A stretch of 36,813 nucleotides of DNA, taken from positions 1-36,813 of the forward strand of contig JAPLUY010000005.1 of the NCBI GenBank assembly GCA_026397385.1, read 5' to 3'. Source of the stretch: Candidatus Aenigmatarchaeota archaeon. GTDB taxonomy: Archaea > Aenigmatarchaeota > Aenigmatarchaeia > CG10238-14 > SCSR01. Below, one piece after another: positions 8,387-16,759 of this stretch. The notes under the pieces are model-generated. The model did not search any database. It was not told where the DNA came from and saw only the letters and a list, made by a program, of their open reading frames with translations. Within the stretch, counting starts at the first letter, position 1. Each line of letters opens with the position of its first letter. A program made the translations under genes and the position numbers.

Positions 8387-9067
8387 CTAGACTATCAGCA
8401 GAAGCTCGCTTATGCCGCCGATCTCATGGTCGGCCTTGCAACGTCTCGTCTCCTTCCAGACCTGCCCGTACTTCGCCAGTACTGTCCGCATGCCGAGCTT
8501 GTGCGCGCCGAGCACGTCGCGTCCGACAGAGTCGCCGACCATGACAGCCTCCGCAGGCTTCACGTGCAGCTTCCTCAGCGCGGCCCTGAACGGCAGCCGG
8601 CTAGGCTTCTTGCGGCCGGTGTCCTCGAGCGCAACGATGAAGTCAAAGTACTTGTCCAGTTTCAGCTCGAACAGCCTGGACCACGCCTGGAACCGCGGAG
8701 CGTCCGTTACTATGGCAAGCTTCAGTCCGCGCGTCCGCAGCTGGCGGAGCGTAGGCACCACGCCCGGATACGGCCGCATCTGCAGCTCCTTCGCGTGCCT
8801 GTATGCCACGACGCCTGCCGCCAGAAGCCTATCGTCCGAACGGCCAGTCGTCTCCTTCAGGAAAATCTCGAAGATCCTCTGGTTCTCGATGCCATAGAGG
8901 TCGAAAAGGCGGTTCAGCGTACGCCAGGCCACCTGCTTGTCGGTCTTCAAGCCGGCGCGGATCATCGCCGCAAGCGCCGCCTTGCTAGCCGCCTTCTTCA
9001 TCTTCCAGAAGTCTATCAGCGTGTTGTCCAGGTCGAACAGCACTGCCTTGATCGCTGCGCCAGCCAT
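8387..9067 (-). CDS. HAD-superfamily hydrolase (subfamily IA, archaeal TIGR02253-like)
   Basis: FDLDNTL, IVTD, KKP, MVGDSVGRDVLGA. Confidence 0.92.
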   Translation of the reverse strand: MAGAAIKAVLFDLDNTLIDFWKMKKAASKAALAAMIRAGLKTDKQVAWRTLNRLFDLYGIENQRIFEIFLKETTGRSDDRLLAAGVVAYRHAKELQMRPYPGVVPTLRQLRTRGLKLAIVTDAPRFQAWSRLFELKLDKYFDFIVALEDTGRKKPSRLPFRAALRKLHVKPAEAVMVGDSVGRDVLGAHKLGMRTVLAKYGQVWKETRRCKADHEIGGISELLLIV

Positions 9068-9128
9068 GAATAACTGGATAGTCGCCGGAGGTATAAAAGA
9101 CCTACGGCCGCTTGCCGGCCGGAAGCCT

Positions 9129-9335
9129 TCACATTATCACGGTCGCGCCGTGCGGCGCCTTCACGGCCTTCAGCTGCTTCCTGACGCGCTCGTACTCCGT
9201 CTCGGACACGCTCGAGAAACCGCAGTTGCAGCACTCGTCCACTCCGACCTTCTCCACGATGACCTTCGGGTTGACCTCGAACTCCATCGCTTCCTTCTTC
9301 TTCCGCATCTTCGAGTCGCAGTCCGGGCATCTCAT
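9129..9335 (-). CDS. YgiT/MqsA-type zinc-finger protein, putative antitoxin
   Basis: MRCPDC...VIVEKVGVDECCNCG; overlaps the upstream gene by 4 nt. Confidence 0.75.
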   Translation of the reverse strand: MRCPDCDSKMRKKKEAMEFEVNPKVIVEKVGVDECCNCGFSSVSETEYERVRKQLKAVKAPHGATVIM

Positions 9336-9643
9336 CTCTCTTGCACCTTCGCCTTGGAGCGCTTGTAATCCTCTATCTCTCGATAATTGGATTTATACAC
9401 CGTTATGATAAATATAACCCTCGCCTTCGGCGCGATTATCAGCGTCCAGTGGCAGCCGTCGTCCGGGTCCCTGTAGACGCACGTCCGCCTGTCCTCGATC
9501 ACGTGCGGGCACCATACGCCGCCGTACACCATACGTTTCAGTTTCGAAATCGGGAACCTTCTCTCGATGCACCTCTTGAAAGCCTCCTTCGTAAGATGGA
9601 GTCCGCATCTTTTCGCTGGGTTGCCCGCGTGCCCGGCTGCCAT
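9332..9643 (-). CDS. DUF4258/BrnT-like putative ribonuclease toxin
   Basis: LTKEAFKRCIERR...FIITVY pattern; paired with the zinc-finger gene. Confidence 0.6.
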   Translation of the reverse strand: MAAGHAGNPAKRCGLHLTKEAFKRCIERRFPISKLKRMVYGGVWCPHVIEDRRTCVYRDPDDGCHWTLIIAPKARVIFIITVYKSNYREIEDYKRSKAKVQER

Positions 9644-9653
9644 TTTCTGATTT

Positions 9654-9729
9654 CAGGGATATGGCGTATATCATGCTTTCCCACCGCTGCCGGTGGTCGG
9701 GAATCCTCGTTCAGGTCCCTGGCTGGGCC
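9654..9729 (-). other. Putatively structured intergenic element (copy B)
   Basis: Stem caggga 9654-9659 / tccctg 9716-9721 and hairpin ccaccg-N4-cggtgg. Sequence similarity to 7578-7638. Confidence 0.35.
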
Positions 9730-9777
9730 GTCCGAAAAGCAAAAATAATACCCCGGAACGCCAATTAATAGCATAAG

Positions 9778-11346
9778 GTGGAGTTCTTGGTAGACGAAGA
9801 TACCGACGACGTTTCAGAGCTGGAGGAGCGGCCTACGTCGGTCATGGGCGGGGCCATCCGCAACGCCGTGCGGCCCGAGGACAAGTTCAAGCTCAGCATG
9901 CTCAACATGGAGAAGCGCTTCATCGACATGGAATTTGCTATCTCCGAGCTCGCGTCGCGCGTGAAGGACATCAATCCTGAGAACATCGAGACGTACGACA
10001 ACCGCATCGAAGCGCTCGAGGACATGATAACCGTCGAGCAGGCGGGCGTCGGCGAGCTCAAGCAGATAATGGAGCGCGTGGACGAGGGCTTCACGACCTC
10101 CGCGACCCTGCGCGATATCGAGGATATGCGCGAGCGCGTGCGACGCGTGGAAAATCTCGCGCGCGCGGCCGCGGAGATGACGGACCTGCCCGCGGAGATG
10201 AGCGAGGAGACCAAGCACCGGATGAAGTCGCTCGAGGACGGCGTCGCCGAGCTCAAGGACAAGACGTTCGAGTCGGTCAGCCCCATGGAAGTAGCGGAGA
10301 TGCGGCGCGCGGTCGGCAACATCGACGAGCGCGTGACCATGATGCGAATGTGCGTGGACGACCTGAAGCGCAGCATAGACAAGCGCGTGCAGGACGGCAT
10401 CAAGGGCGCGCAGATAACCACCGCGGACTTTGACTTTATCAACACCAAGATCAACTCCGTCAAGTCCGCAATCGACATGCTGTCCGACAAGCGCATCGAG
10501 AACGAGATGAAGATATCCGCGCTCGAGCAGCGGCTGTCCACCCTGCACGCGGGCCAGGGCGACGACGGCACGGGCATGCTGTCCGAAAAGTTTCTCGATG
10601 AGCTGAAGAGCATGCGGCGCGACGTCGAGACCGCGAAGCTGCGCATGGAGTCGGTCGAGCGCGTGACGCAGGAGACGTCGCACATGGCGCAGGAAGCCGA
10701 GAAGGCCGCGAGGCGCTTCGAAGGCTTCGAACGTTTGTCAGGATTGAAGAACGAGGTCGACGACAAGCTGCAGCAGTTCCGCGCCGTGCAGAGCGAGATC
10801 AGCAACCTCTCGAACCGCGTCGAGAGCATGTACGAGGGCGTGGAGAAGCGGTTCGCCGAGCTGCGTGGCGCGGAGCGCGAGATGCACGACATGGGACGCG
10901 TCATCGCGGACACGCGCAGGGACATCGACGAGCTGAAGCTCGCGGCGCACCGCACGGCCAGCAAGGAAGACCTGGCGAAGGTCGCGGTCGGCTCGAACAT
11001 GGCCGGCCGCCTCGAAGGCAAGGTCGCCGAGCTCGAGGACGAGGTACGCCGCATGGACAAGTCGTACGAGCACCTCCAGAGCTCGGGCGGCGTGTCGAAC
11101 GAGGTGCTGTCGGTCCTGAAGGAGATGGACGACAGGCTGGAGAACGCCGAGCAGAGGATCTCCGAGGTCCAGAAGTCGGCCGGCGGCGGGAACGTCGTGT
11201 CTGCGACAGGGCTGCTCGGGCCGCAGGACATCGAGGGCAGGTTCAACGACGTCATCGACAAGCTCATCTTCCTGGAGAGCAGGCTGAGCGCCGTCGAGGC
11301 GGTGTACCAGACCAGCTCGAAGACGCACGCCATGGTCATAGAGTAG
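9778..11346 (+). CDS. Long coiled-coil hypothetical protein
   Basis: 522 aa rich in E/K/R/L/M with heptad pattern; no ATPase motifs; host codon usage. Confidence 0.85.
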   Translation: MEFLVDEDTDDVSELEERPTSVMGGAIRNAVRPEDKFKLSMLNMEKRFIDMEFAISELASRVKDINPENIETYDNRIEALEDMITVEQAGVGELKQIMERVDEGFTTSATLRDIEDMRERVRRVENLARAAAEMTDLPAEMSEETKHRMKSLEDGVAELKDKTFESVSPMEVAEMRRAVGNIDERVTMMRMCVDDLKRSIDKRVQDGIKGAQITTADFDFINTKINSVKSAIDMLSDKRIENEMKISALEQRLSTLHAGQGDDGTGMLSEKFLDELKSMRRDVETAKLRMESVERVTQETSHMAQEAEKAARRFEGFERLSGLKNEVDDKLQQFRAVQSEISNLSNRVESMYEGVEKRFAELRGAEREMHDMGRVIADTRRDIDELKLAAHRTASKEDLAKVAVGSNMAGRLEGKVAELEDEVRRMDKSYEHLQSSGGVSNEVLSVLKEMDDRLENAEQRISEVQKSAGGGNVVSATGLLGPQDIEGRFNDVIDKLIFLESRLSAVEAVYQTSSKTHAMVIE

Positions 11347-11400
11347 GACTTCTGCGCTCGCTTTAATTTTTGCAAGAAGAATTTATAGACAGCCCCGCGG

Positions 11401-13494
11401 GTGAGTGTTCTGGCCGAAAGCATCTCAGGATTGACAGTCATCATCACGGAGAAGCCGGATGCAGCCACGCGCATAGCCGGCGCGCTCGCGGAGAGGCCGC
11501 GCAAGGTCGCGAGCCGCGGCGCGTACTGGTACGAGTTCGAACGCGGCGGCCGCAAGTTCATCGTCGTTCCGGCCGTCGGCCACCTGATCGCGCTCGACAC
11601 CGTCAAGGACAAGAGCGGCTGGGGCTATCCCACGTTCGCGACGCGCTGGATCCCCGCATACGAGAAGAAGGGCGGCGAGTTCTCCGAGCGATACTACCGC
11701 AACATGCAGGACGTGCTCGCGGCTTCGCCGTCCGCGGAGGTCATCGTCGCGACGGACTATGACACCGAGGGCAGCGTGATCGGATACAATATCATCAGCC
11801 GGATCGCCGGCCGTGCGGACGCGGGCAGGATGAAGTTCTCCACGCTCACGAAGGACGAGCTCGTCGAGGCGTTCGAGAAACGCGACGAGGCGCTGGACAT
11901 GGGACAGGTCGAATCGGGCCTGACGCGGCACTATCTGGATTTCTACTGGGGCATCAACATGACACGTGCGCTCACGACGGCGGCGAAGCACGCGAACGAG
12001 CACGGCTTCGCGCTGCTGTCCACGGGCCGCGTGCAGGGCCCGACGCTCGCGATGCTATTCGACCGCGAGCTGGAGATACGCGCGTTCGTACCCAAGCCGT
12101 TCTGGCAGGTCGATGCCGGCTTGGAAAATGACGGCCGCGCGTTCACGGCATCGTACGGCCGCGGAAGCATCTGGGACGAGGACGAGGCGAAGAAGATACG
12201 CGACGAGTGCAGCCGCGCAGGCACGCGCGCGATCGTGACCATAGTTGAAAAGAGAAAATATTCGCAGGCCCCGCCTGTGCCGTTCAACACGACCGACCTG
12301 CAGGCCGAGTCGTACGAGCACTTCCACTACTCGCCGAAGCAGACGCTGGGCATCGTGGAGGAATTGTATCAGGCAGGCGCCGTGTCGTACCCGCGATCGT
12401 CGTCGCAGAAGCTCCCGCCTGCCATAGGATACAAGAAGATAATCTCCGCGCTGTCGAAATTATCGGCGTACAAGACGCTCGCGAACGCGCTTGCGAAGAG
12501 GAAGGAACTCATTCCTAACGAGGGTTCGAAGACGGACCCCGCGCACCCGGCGATCTATCCGACAGCCGAGACGCCCGACACGCGCAAGCTTTCGACCGCG
12601 CAAAAAAACCTGTACGACATGATCGTCCGGCGCTTCATGGCGGTGTTCGCGGAAGCGGCGCTGCGCGAGGCGACCACGGCGACGTTCGACATCGCCGGGC
12701 ACGAGTTCAAGGCCACTGGGCACACGACGCTCGAGCAGGGCTGGGCGAAGTTCGCAGGCAAGTACGCGAGCCTAGAGGAGGACACGCTGCCCGATCTGAA
12801 GGAGGGCGAACAGTTGTTGGTGAAAACGATAGCACTTCTCGCGAAGAAGACGCAGCCGCCCGCGCGCTTCACGCAGGCTTCGGTGCTGCGCGCGATGGAG
12901 GACAAGGAACTCGGCACACGCGCCACGCGCGCCGAGATATTGCAGACGCTGTACGACCGCAACTACATAACCGGCCGCACGATCGAAGTCACGAAGCTCG
13001 GCGAGGCCGTCACTTCGGTGCTGAAGGATTACTCGCCGCGGATCGTTAGCGAGGAACTGACGCGCAAGTTCGAGGAGGAGATGGAAGCGGTGCAGTCCGG
13101 CGGGAAGAAGCGCGACGAAGTCTTGGAAGAGGCGAAGAACATACTTACAGAACTGCTCGCAGGTTTCAAGCAGAACGAGCCCGAGATCGGGCAGAAGCTG
13201 CTCGCGGGCGTGCAACAGGCGCGGGACGAGGAGCGCGCGTTCGGCAAGTGCCCGAACTGCGGCAGCGACCTGCGCGTGATCGTGTCCAAGGCCACGGGCA
13301 AGCGCTTCGTCGGATGTTCTAACTACCCGAAGTGCAGCACGTCGTTCCCCCTGCCTCAGAAAGGCGCGCTCAGGAAGGCCGGTGCGACGTGCAAGTGCGG
13401 GCTGCCGATGATACTCATCTTCGGCCGCGGCCGCCGGCCGTACCGCGCGTGCATCAACCCCTCGTGCAGAGGTAAGGAATCCTCGGCTCGTTGA
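11401..13494 (+). CDS. topA: Type IA DNA topoisomerase with C-terminal zinc ribbons
   Basis: TEKP, ATDYDTEG, STGRVQGPTL, catalytic SYPRS, AHPAIYPT, CPNC...FVGCSNYPKC. Confidence 0.96.
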   Translation: MSVLAESISGLTVIITEKPDAATRIAGALAERPRKVASRGAYWYEFERGGRKFIVVPAVGHLIALDTVKDKSGWGYPTFATRWIPAYEKKGGEFSERYYRNMQDVLAASPSAEVIVATDYDTEGSVIGYNIISRIAGRADAGRMKFSTLTKDELVEAFEKRDEALDMGQVESGLTRHYLDFYWGINMTRALTTAAKHANEHGFALLSTGRVQGPTLAMLFDRELEIRAFVPKPFWQVDAGLENDGRAFTASYGRGSIWDEDEAKKIRDECSRAGTRAIVTIVEKRKYSQAPPVPFNTTDLQAESYEHFHYSPKQTLGIVEELYQAGAVSYPRSSSQKLPPAIGYKKIISALSKLSAYKTLANALAKRKELIPNEGSKTDPAHPAIYPTAETPDTRKLSTAQKNLYDMIVRRFMAVFAEAALREATTATFDIAGHEFKATGHTTLEQGWAKFAGKYASLEEDTLPDLKEGEQLLVKTIALLAKKTQPPARFTQASVLRAMEDKELGTRATRAEILQTLYDRNYITGRTIEVTKLGEAVTSVLKDYSPRIVSEELTRKFEEEMEAVQSGGKKRDEVLEEAKNILTELLAGFKQNEPEIGQKLLAGVQQARDEERAFGKCPNCGSDLRVIVSKATGKRFVGCSNYPKCSTSFPLPQKGALRKAGATCKCGLPMILIFGRGRRPYRACINPSCRGKESSAR

Positions 13495-13978
13495 GCTTCT
13501 TCTCCAACTGCTCGAATATGCCGTCGAGGCTGAGCAGCCCCCTCGGCCCGTACATGCCTACCATGCCGGCATGGGCGTCGTCGTTGCCGACGATTGGGAG
13601 GTGGGAGAGCCCGTGCTCGCGCATCAGCCCCATCGCGTCGTCCACCGTGAAGCCGTAAGGCGCGCGCGGATAGGCGCTGCCGAAGTCTTCCATGGACACG
13701 TCCCTGCAGCAGGATTCGGAAAAGTACTTGGCGACGTCCCTGTTCTTCGGGGAGTATCCTGCGGGCATCTTGACCGCCCCGCGCACCACGCCGCCGTCCA
13801 CTACCGGCATGACGTCCAGCTGGAGCCTGTGCATCGCGTCGAACGCACTGATTGCAGGCGTCGCGGGGCCGAGGGCGTACTCCCCGCCCCGGTAGCGCAC
13901 GATGCCGGACGGAATCATGTTCAGCTTCATACCGCCCATGTCGGAAGCCTTCGCAGGGTTCGCAGTTTTCGTGACCAT
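13454..13978 (-). CDS. CBS-domain pair protein
   Basis: AFDAMHRLQLDVMPVVD and VDDAMGLMREHGLSHLPIVG. Confidence 0.75.
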   Translation of the reverse strand: MVTKTANPAKASDMGGMKLNMIPSGIVRYRGGEYALGPATPAISAFDAMHRLQLDVMPVVDGGVVRGAVKMPAGYSPKNRDVAKYFSESCCRDVSMEDFGSAYPRAPYGFTVDDAMGLMREHGLSHLPIVGNDDAHAGMVGMYGPRGLLSLDGIFEQLEKKLNEPRIPYLCTRG

Positions 13979-14062
13979 CGGAACGACCTCTCCTTTGAGG
14001 GAATTTTAAAAGTTAAGCATTTAATGCTATTGATTTATCTTCCAGTCCGAGAAAGATAAATC

Positions 14063-14344
14063 ATGCCGAAACGTGCGGCACGAGCAGCCAGCATGTCGTG
14101 GATGGAGACCCATTCCGAGTGGCTCCTGTCGCTGATGATAGCCACGGCGTGCATCGTGTTCTCGTTCATATTCACCGTGCTCACGGCGCTGCTCGGGCCG
14201 ATAGCCAGCGACATCAAGGTCATATTCATAATGCTGCTCGTGTTGACGACCACGGTCGCATCCACGGTCTCGCTGATTTTCTACATGCTCGTGGTCAACA
14301 ACGTCGGGGCGAGACTGAAGCGCACCAGCAGGAGAAGGCGCTAG
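14063..14344 (+). CDS. Small two-TM membrane protein
   Basis: Two hydrophobic stretches and a basic C-terminus. Confidence 0.7.
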   Translation: MPKRAARAASMSWMETHSEWLLSLMIATACIVFSFIFTVLTALLGPIASDIKVIFIMLLVLTTTVASTVSLIFYMLVVNNVGARLKRTSRRRR

Positions 14345-14352
14345 ACCCGCGC

Positions 14353-14955
14353 TCAGCCGAACAGCTCGCGCACGTCCTTCGACAGCGATATCAGGTTGGT
14401 CTTGCCGCGCGCGTGCACCGACACCACGCCCTTCCTTTCGAGGTCGCGTATGGCGCGGTGCGTCCTCAGCTTGTCCATCCCGTCAAGCCGGCTTATCTCG
14501 GCCTGCATCATCTCGCCTTTCTTGCGTATGAGCGCCTCAACGACCCTGCGCTCGCCAGGGTTAAGGAACTTGAGCACTATCTCGTTGCCCCCTGACGCGG
14601 GCCCGGCCTTCGGCATGCGTCCGCCCTTCACGAGCTTGGATATGAGGCTGAACTTGGCCTCGAGGTGCTGCTCCAGGCTCTCCGATACGATGTAGTACGA
14701 CACGGGCACGACCGCGGCTATCAGAAGCGCCGAGGAGAGGAACATGCTGTGCAGCGGCAGCCCGAGCCTGGCGCGGAAGAACGGGTCGAACGGGCCTGCG
14801 AAGGCGTCCGGCCTCGACTGGTTGCCCGGGACGGCGACCGCGCCGGTCTGGAACTGCGGAGCCTCGAAGGTCGCGCTCATGTAGAGGTTCAGCGCGAACC
14901 CGACCATCGCCACGAACGACAACGCCAGCAGCCATCTCCTGCTCCTGTAGGCCAT
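14353..14955 (-). CDS. Membrane-anchored winged-helix (MarR-like, COG2512-type) transcriptional regulator
   Basis: Two N-terminal TM segments; C-terminal LNPGERRVVEAL...QAEISR..GMDKLRTHRAIRDLERKGVV...GKTNLISL. Start set at ATG 14955, downstream of the TATA box. Confidence 0.85.
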   Translation of the reverse strand: MAYRSRRWLLALSFVAMVGFALNLYMSATFEAPQFQTGAVAVPGNQSRPDAFAGPFDPFFRARLGLPLHSMFLSSALLIAAVVPVSYYIVSESLEQHLEAKFSLISKLVKGGRMPKAGPASGGNEIVLKFLNPGERRVVEALIRKKGEMMQAEISRLDGMDKLRTHRAIRDLERKGVVSVHARGKTNLISLSKDVRELFG

Positions 14956-14976
14956 ACTGGATAATTGCAGCGTGGG

Positions 14977-15057
14977 TTTAAATAGTTTCAAGTCCATGAA
15001 ACCATGAAAGATGGTTTCACCAGCGTTTTAAATATGGTTTCAACCAAATGAAACTAT
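14977..15057. promoter_or_regulatory. Divergent promoters with two ATRGTTTCA-N6-TGAAACYAT operators plus an extra half-site
   Basis: Operators at 14982-15005 and 15034-15057, half-site at 15011-15019, TTTAAATA boxes at 14977-14984 and 15027-15034. Confidence 0.8.
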
Positions 15058-15073
15058 CACGGAAGGCGGAATA

Positions 15074-15760
15074 ATGAACGGGAAGCCTGTAATCGAGCTG
15101 AAGGGCGTCGGCAAGACGTACGGCATGGACGAGGTCACCGTGCAGGCGCTGCGCGACATAAACCTCCGCATAATGAAGGAGGAGTTCGTGGCGATCATGG
15201 GACCGAGCGGGTCCGGCAAGTCGACGATGCTGAACATGGTCGGCCTGCTGGACCGGCCGACGAAGGGCAAGATCCTGCTCAACGGCGTCGACATAGCCAC
15301 GCTAAACGACTCGGAGCTCTCGAGGCTCCGCGGCGGGCGCATCGGGTTCGTGTTCCAGTTCTTCAACCTTTATCCCACGCTCACGGCTAAGGAGAACATC
15401 GAGCTGCCGATGATGATACTCGAGAAGGGCAAGGAGGAGCGCGAGGCCAAGTCGACGAAGCTGCTGAAGATGGTCGGGCTCGAGGCTCGCGCGAACCACC
15501 TGCCCGCGCAGCTGTCCGGAGGCGAGCGGCAGCGTGTCGCGATATGCCGCGCGCTCGCGAACGATCCGCCGCTGCTGCTAGCGGACGAGCCGACGGGCAA
15601 CCTCGACTCGAAGACGGGCGACGACATAATAACTTTTTTGACCGGCCTGGTGAAGGAACACCACGTCACGGTCGTCATGGTCACGCACGACCCGCACCTC
15701 GCCAGGCGCGCGGAGCGCGTGATAACGATGAAGGACGGGAAAATAATGGAGGACAGGTGA
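15074..15760 (+). CDS. ABC transporter ATP-binding protein (LolD/MacB/SalX family)
   Basis: GPSGSGKST, LSGGERQRVAI, LLADEPTGNLD, VTHD. Confidence 0.95.
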   Translation: MNGKPVIELKGVGKTYGMDEVTVQALRDINLRIMKEEFVAIMGPSGSGKSTMLNMVGLLDRPTKGKILLNGVDIATLNDSELSRLRGGRIGFVFQFFNLYPTLTAKENIELPMMILEKGKEEREAKSTKLLKMVGLEARANHLPAQLSGGERQRVAICRALANDPPLLLADEPTGNLDSKTGDDIITFLTGLVKEHHVTVVMVTHDPHLARRAERVITMKDGKIMEDR

Positions 15761-15766
15761 ATTGAC

Positions 15767-16759
15767 ATGGACAGGATTGGAAAATTGATTTTCGTAACGA
15801 TTGTGGCCGGGGCGCTGCTCACGTTCGCGCCCGCGGCCATGGCATCGAGCGTGGTGGCGGTCGGGACGACCAGCAGCTCGAACTACATCGCGGTGGACCA
15901 GACGAGCCTGCGCGCCACGCTGCTGAACCAGGACCCCGTGTCCGCGGAGCCGGGCAGCTACGTGAACCTGCTGTTCAAGCTCGAGAACTGGGGCACGATG
16001 CCGATGAACGACGCGAATTTCACGCTCGTGCAGGCGTTCCCGTTCACGCTCGATCCGGGCACCGATGCAACGGTGCAGCTGGGAACGGTCGGCTCGCTCG
16101 CGCGGGGGGCGACGTCGTACTTCATCAAGTACAAGGTGAAGGTTGACGCTGACGCCGTGGGCGGCGAGAACCAGATCAAGGTCGAGTTCGGCAACGCCAC
16201 ATCGCTGTCGCAGCAGACGCTCAACGTCAGCGTGGAGGACCCGCGCACCGACTTCGACGTGATAACGCAGGGCTCTACATCGGCGGCGTCCGCCACGGCG
16301 CTGTCGTCGACGAACCTCGTGATAGCCAACATCGGCGCGAACACCGCCTACTCGACAATAGTAAGCGTGCCGGACCAGTCCGGCTTCCGCGTCTCGGGCG
16401 ACTATGCCAGCATAGTGGGCAACCTGAACGCGGGCGACTATACGCTGGTGAGCTTCACGGTCGTTCCGATGAACGCGACGGCCGCGCCTGCGCAGAACGG
16501 AAGGCGCGACCTGATAGTGGAAGTCTCGTACACGGACGGCCTGGGCATACGACGCACGGTCGACAAGAACGTGCCGATCGACGTCTCGGGCTCGTCGTCC
16601 GTCCTGATTGAAAGGGCGCGCACGACCAGCACTAGCAACGGCACGTTCCAGCTGTTCGGAAGCACGGGCATGACGTACATAACGATCGGCGTCGTCGGCA
16701 TAGTGGCCATCGTGCTGCTGTTCAAGGTCGTAGGCAGGAAAAAGAAGATGAAAGGATGA
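15767..16759 (+). CDS. Secreted S-layer-domain (COG1361-like) protein with C-terminal TM anchor
   Basis: Signal peptide, QDP..AEPG..V.L.FKLENWG, IANIGANTA, VSYTDGLG, then TM and basic tail. Confidence 0.8.
   Translation: MDRIGKLIFVTIVAGALLTFAPAAMASSVVAVGTTSSSNYIAVDQTSLRATLLNQDPVSAEPGSYVNLLFKLENWGTMPMNDANFTLVQAFPFTLDPGTDATVQLGTVGSLARGATSYFIKYKVKVDADAVGGENQIKVEFGNATSLSQQTLNVSVEDPRTDFDVITQGSTSAASATALSSTNLVIANIGANTAYSTIVSVPDQSGFRVSGDYASIVGNLNAGDYTLVSFTVVPMNATAAPAQNGRRDLIVEVSYTDGLGIRRTVDKNVPIDVSGSSSVLIERARTTSTSNGTFQLFGSTGMTYITIGVVGIVAIVLLFKVVGRKKKMKG

Noticed and set aside
9647-9720. Box C/D sRNA or hammerhead on the minus strand (CTGA...ATGATAT...CTGA)
   Set aside because: No credible 5' C box, and CTGAACGA does not fit the CUGANGA hammerhead core.
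9765-11612. 615-aa minus-strand ORF and other long antisense ORFs (19291-21687, 22458-23708, 29289-31370, 19191-21146)
   Set aside because: Shadow frames of GC-rich genes. They have biased S/R/A/L composition, no motifs, and overlap well-supported genes.
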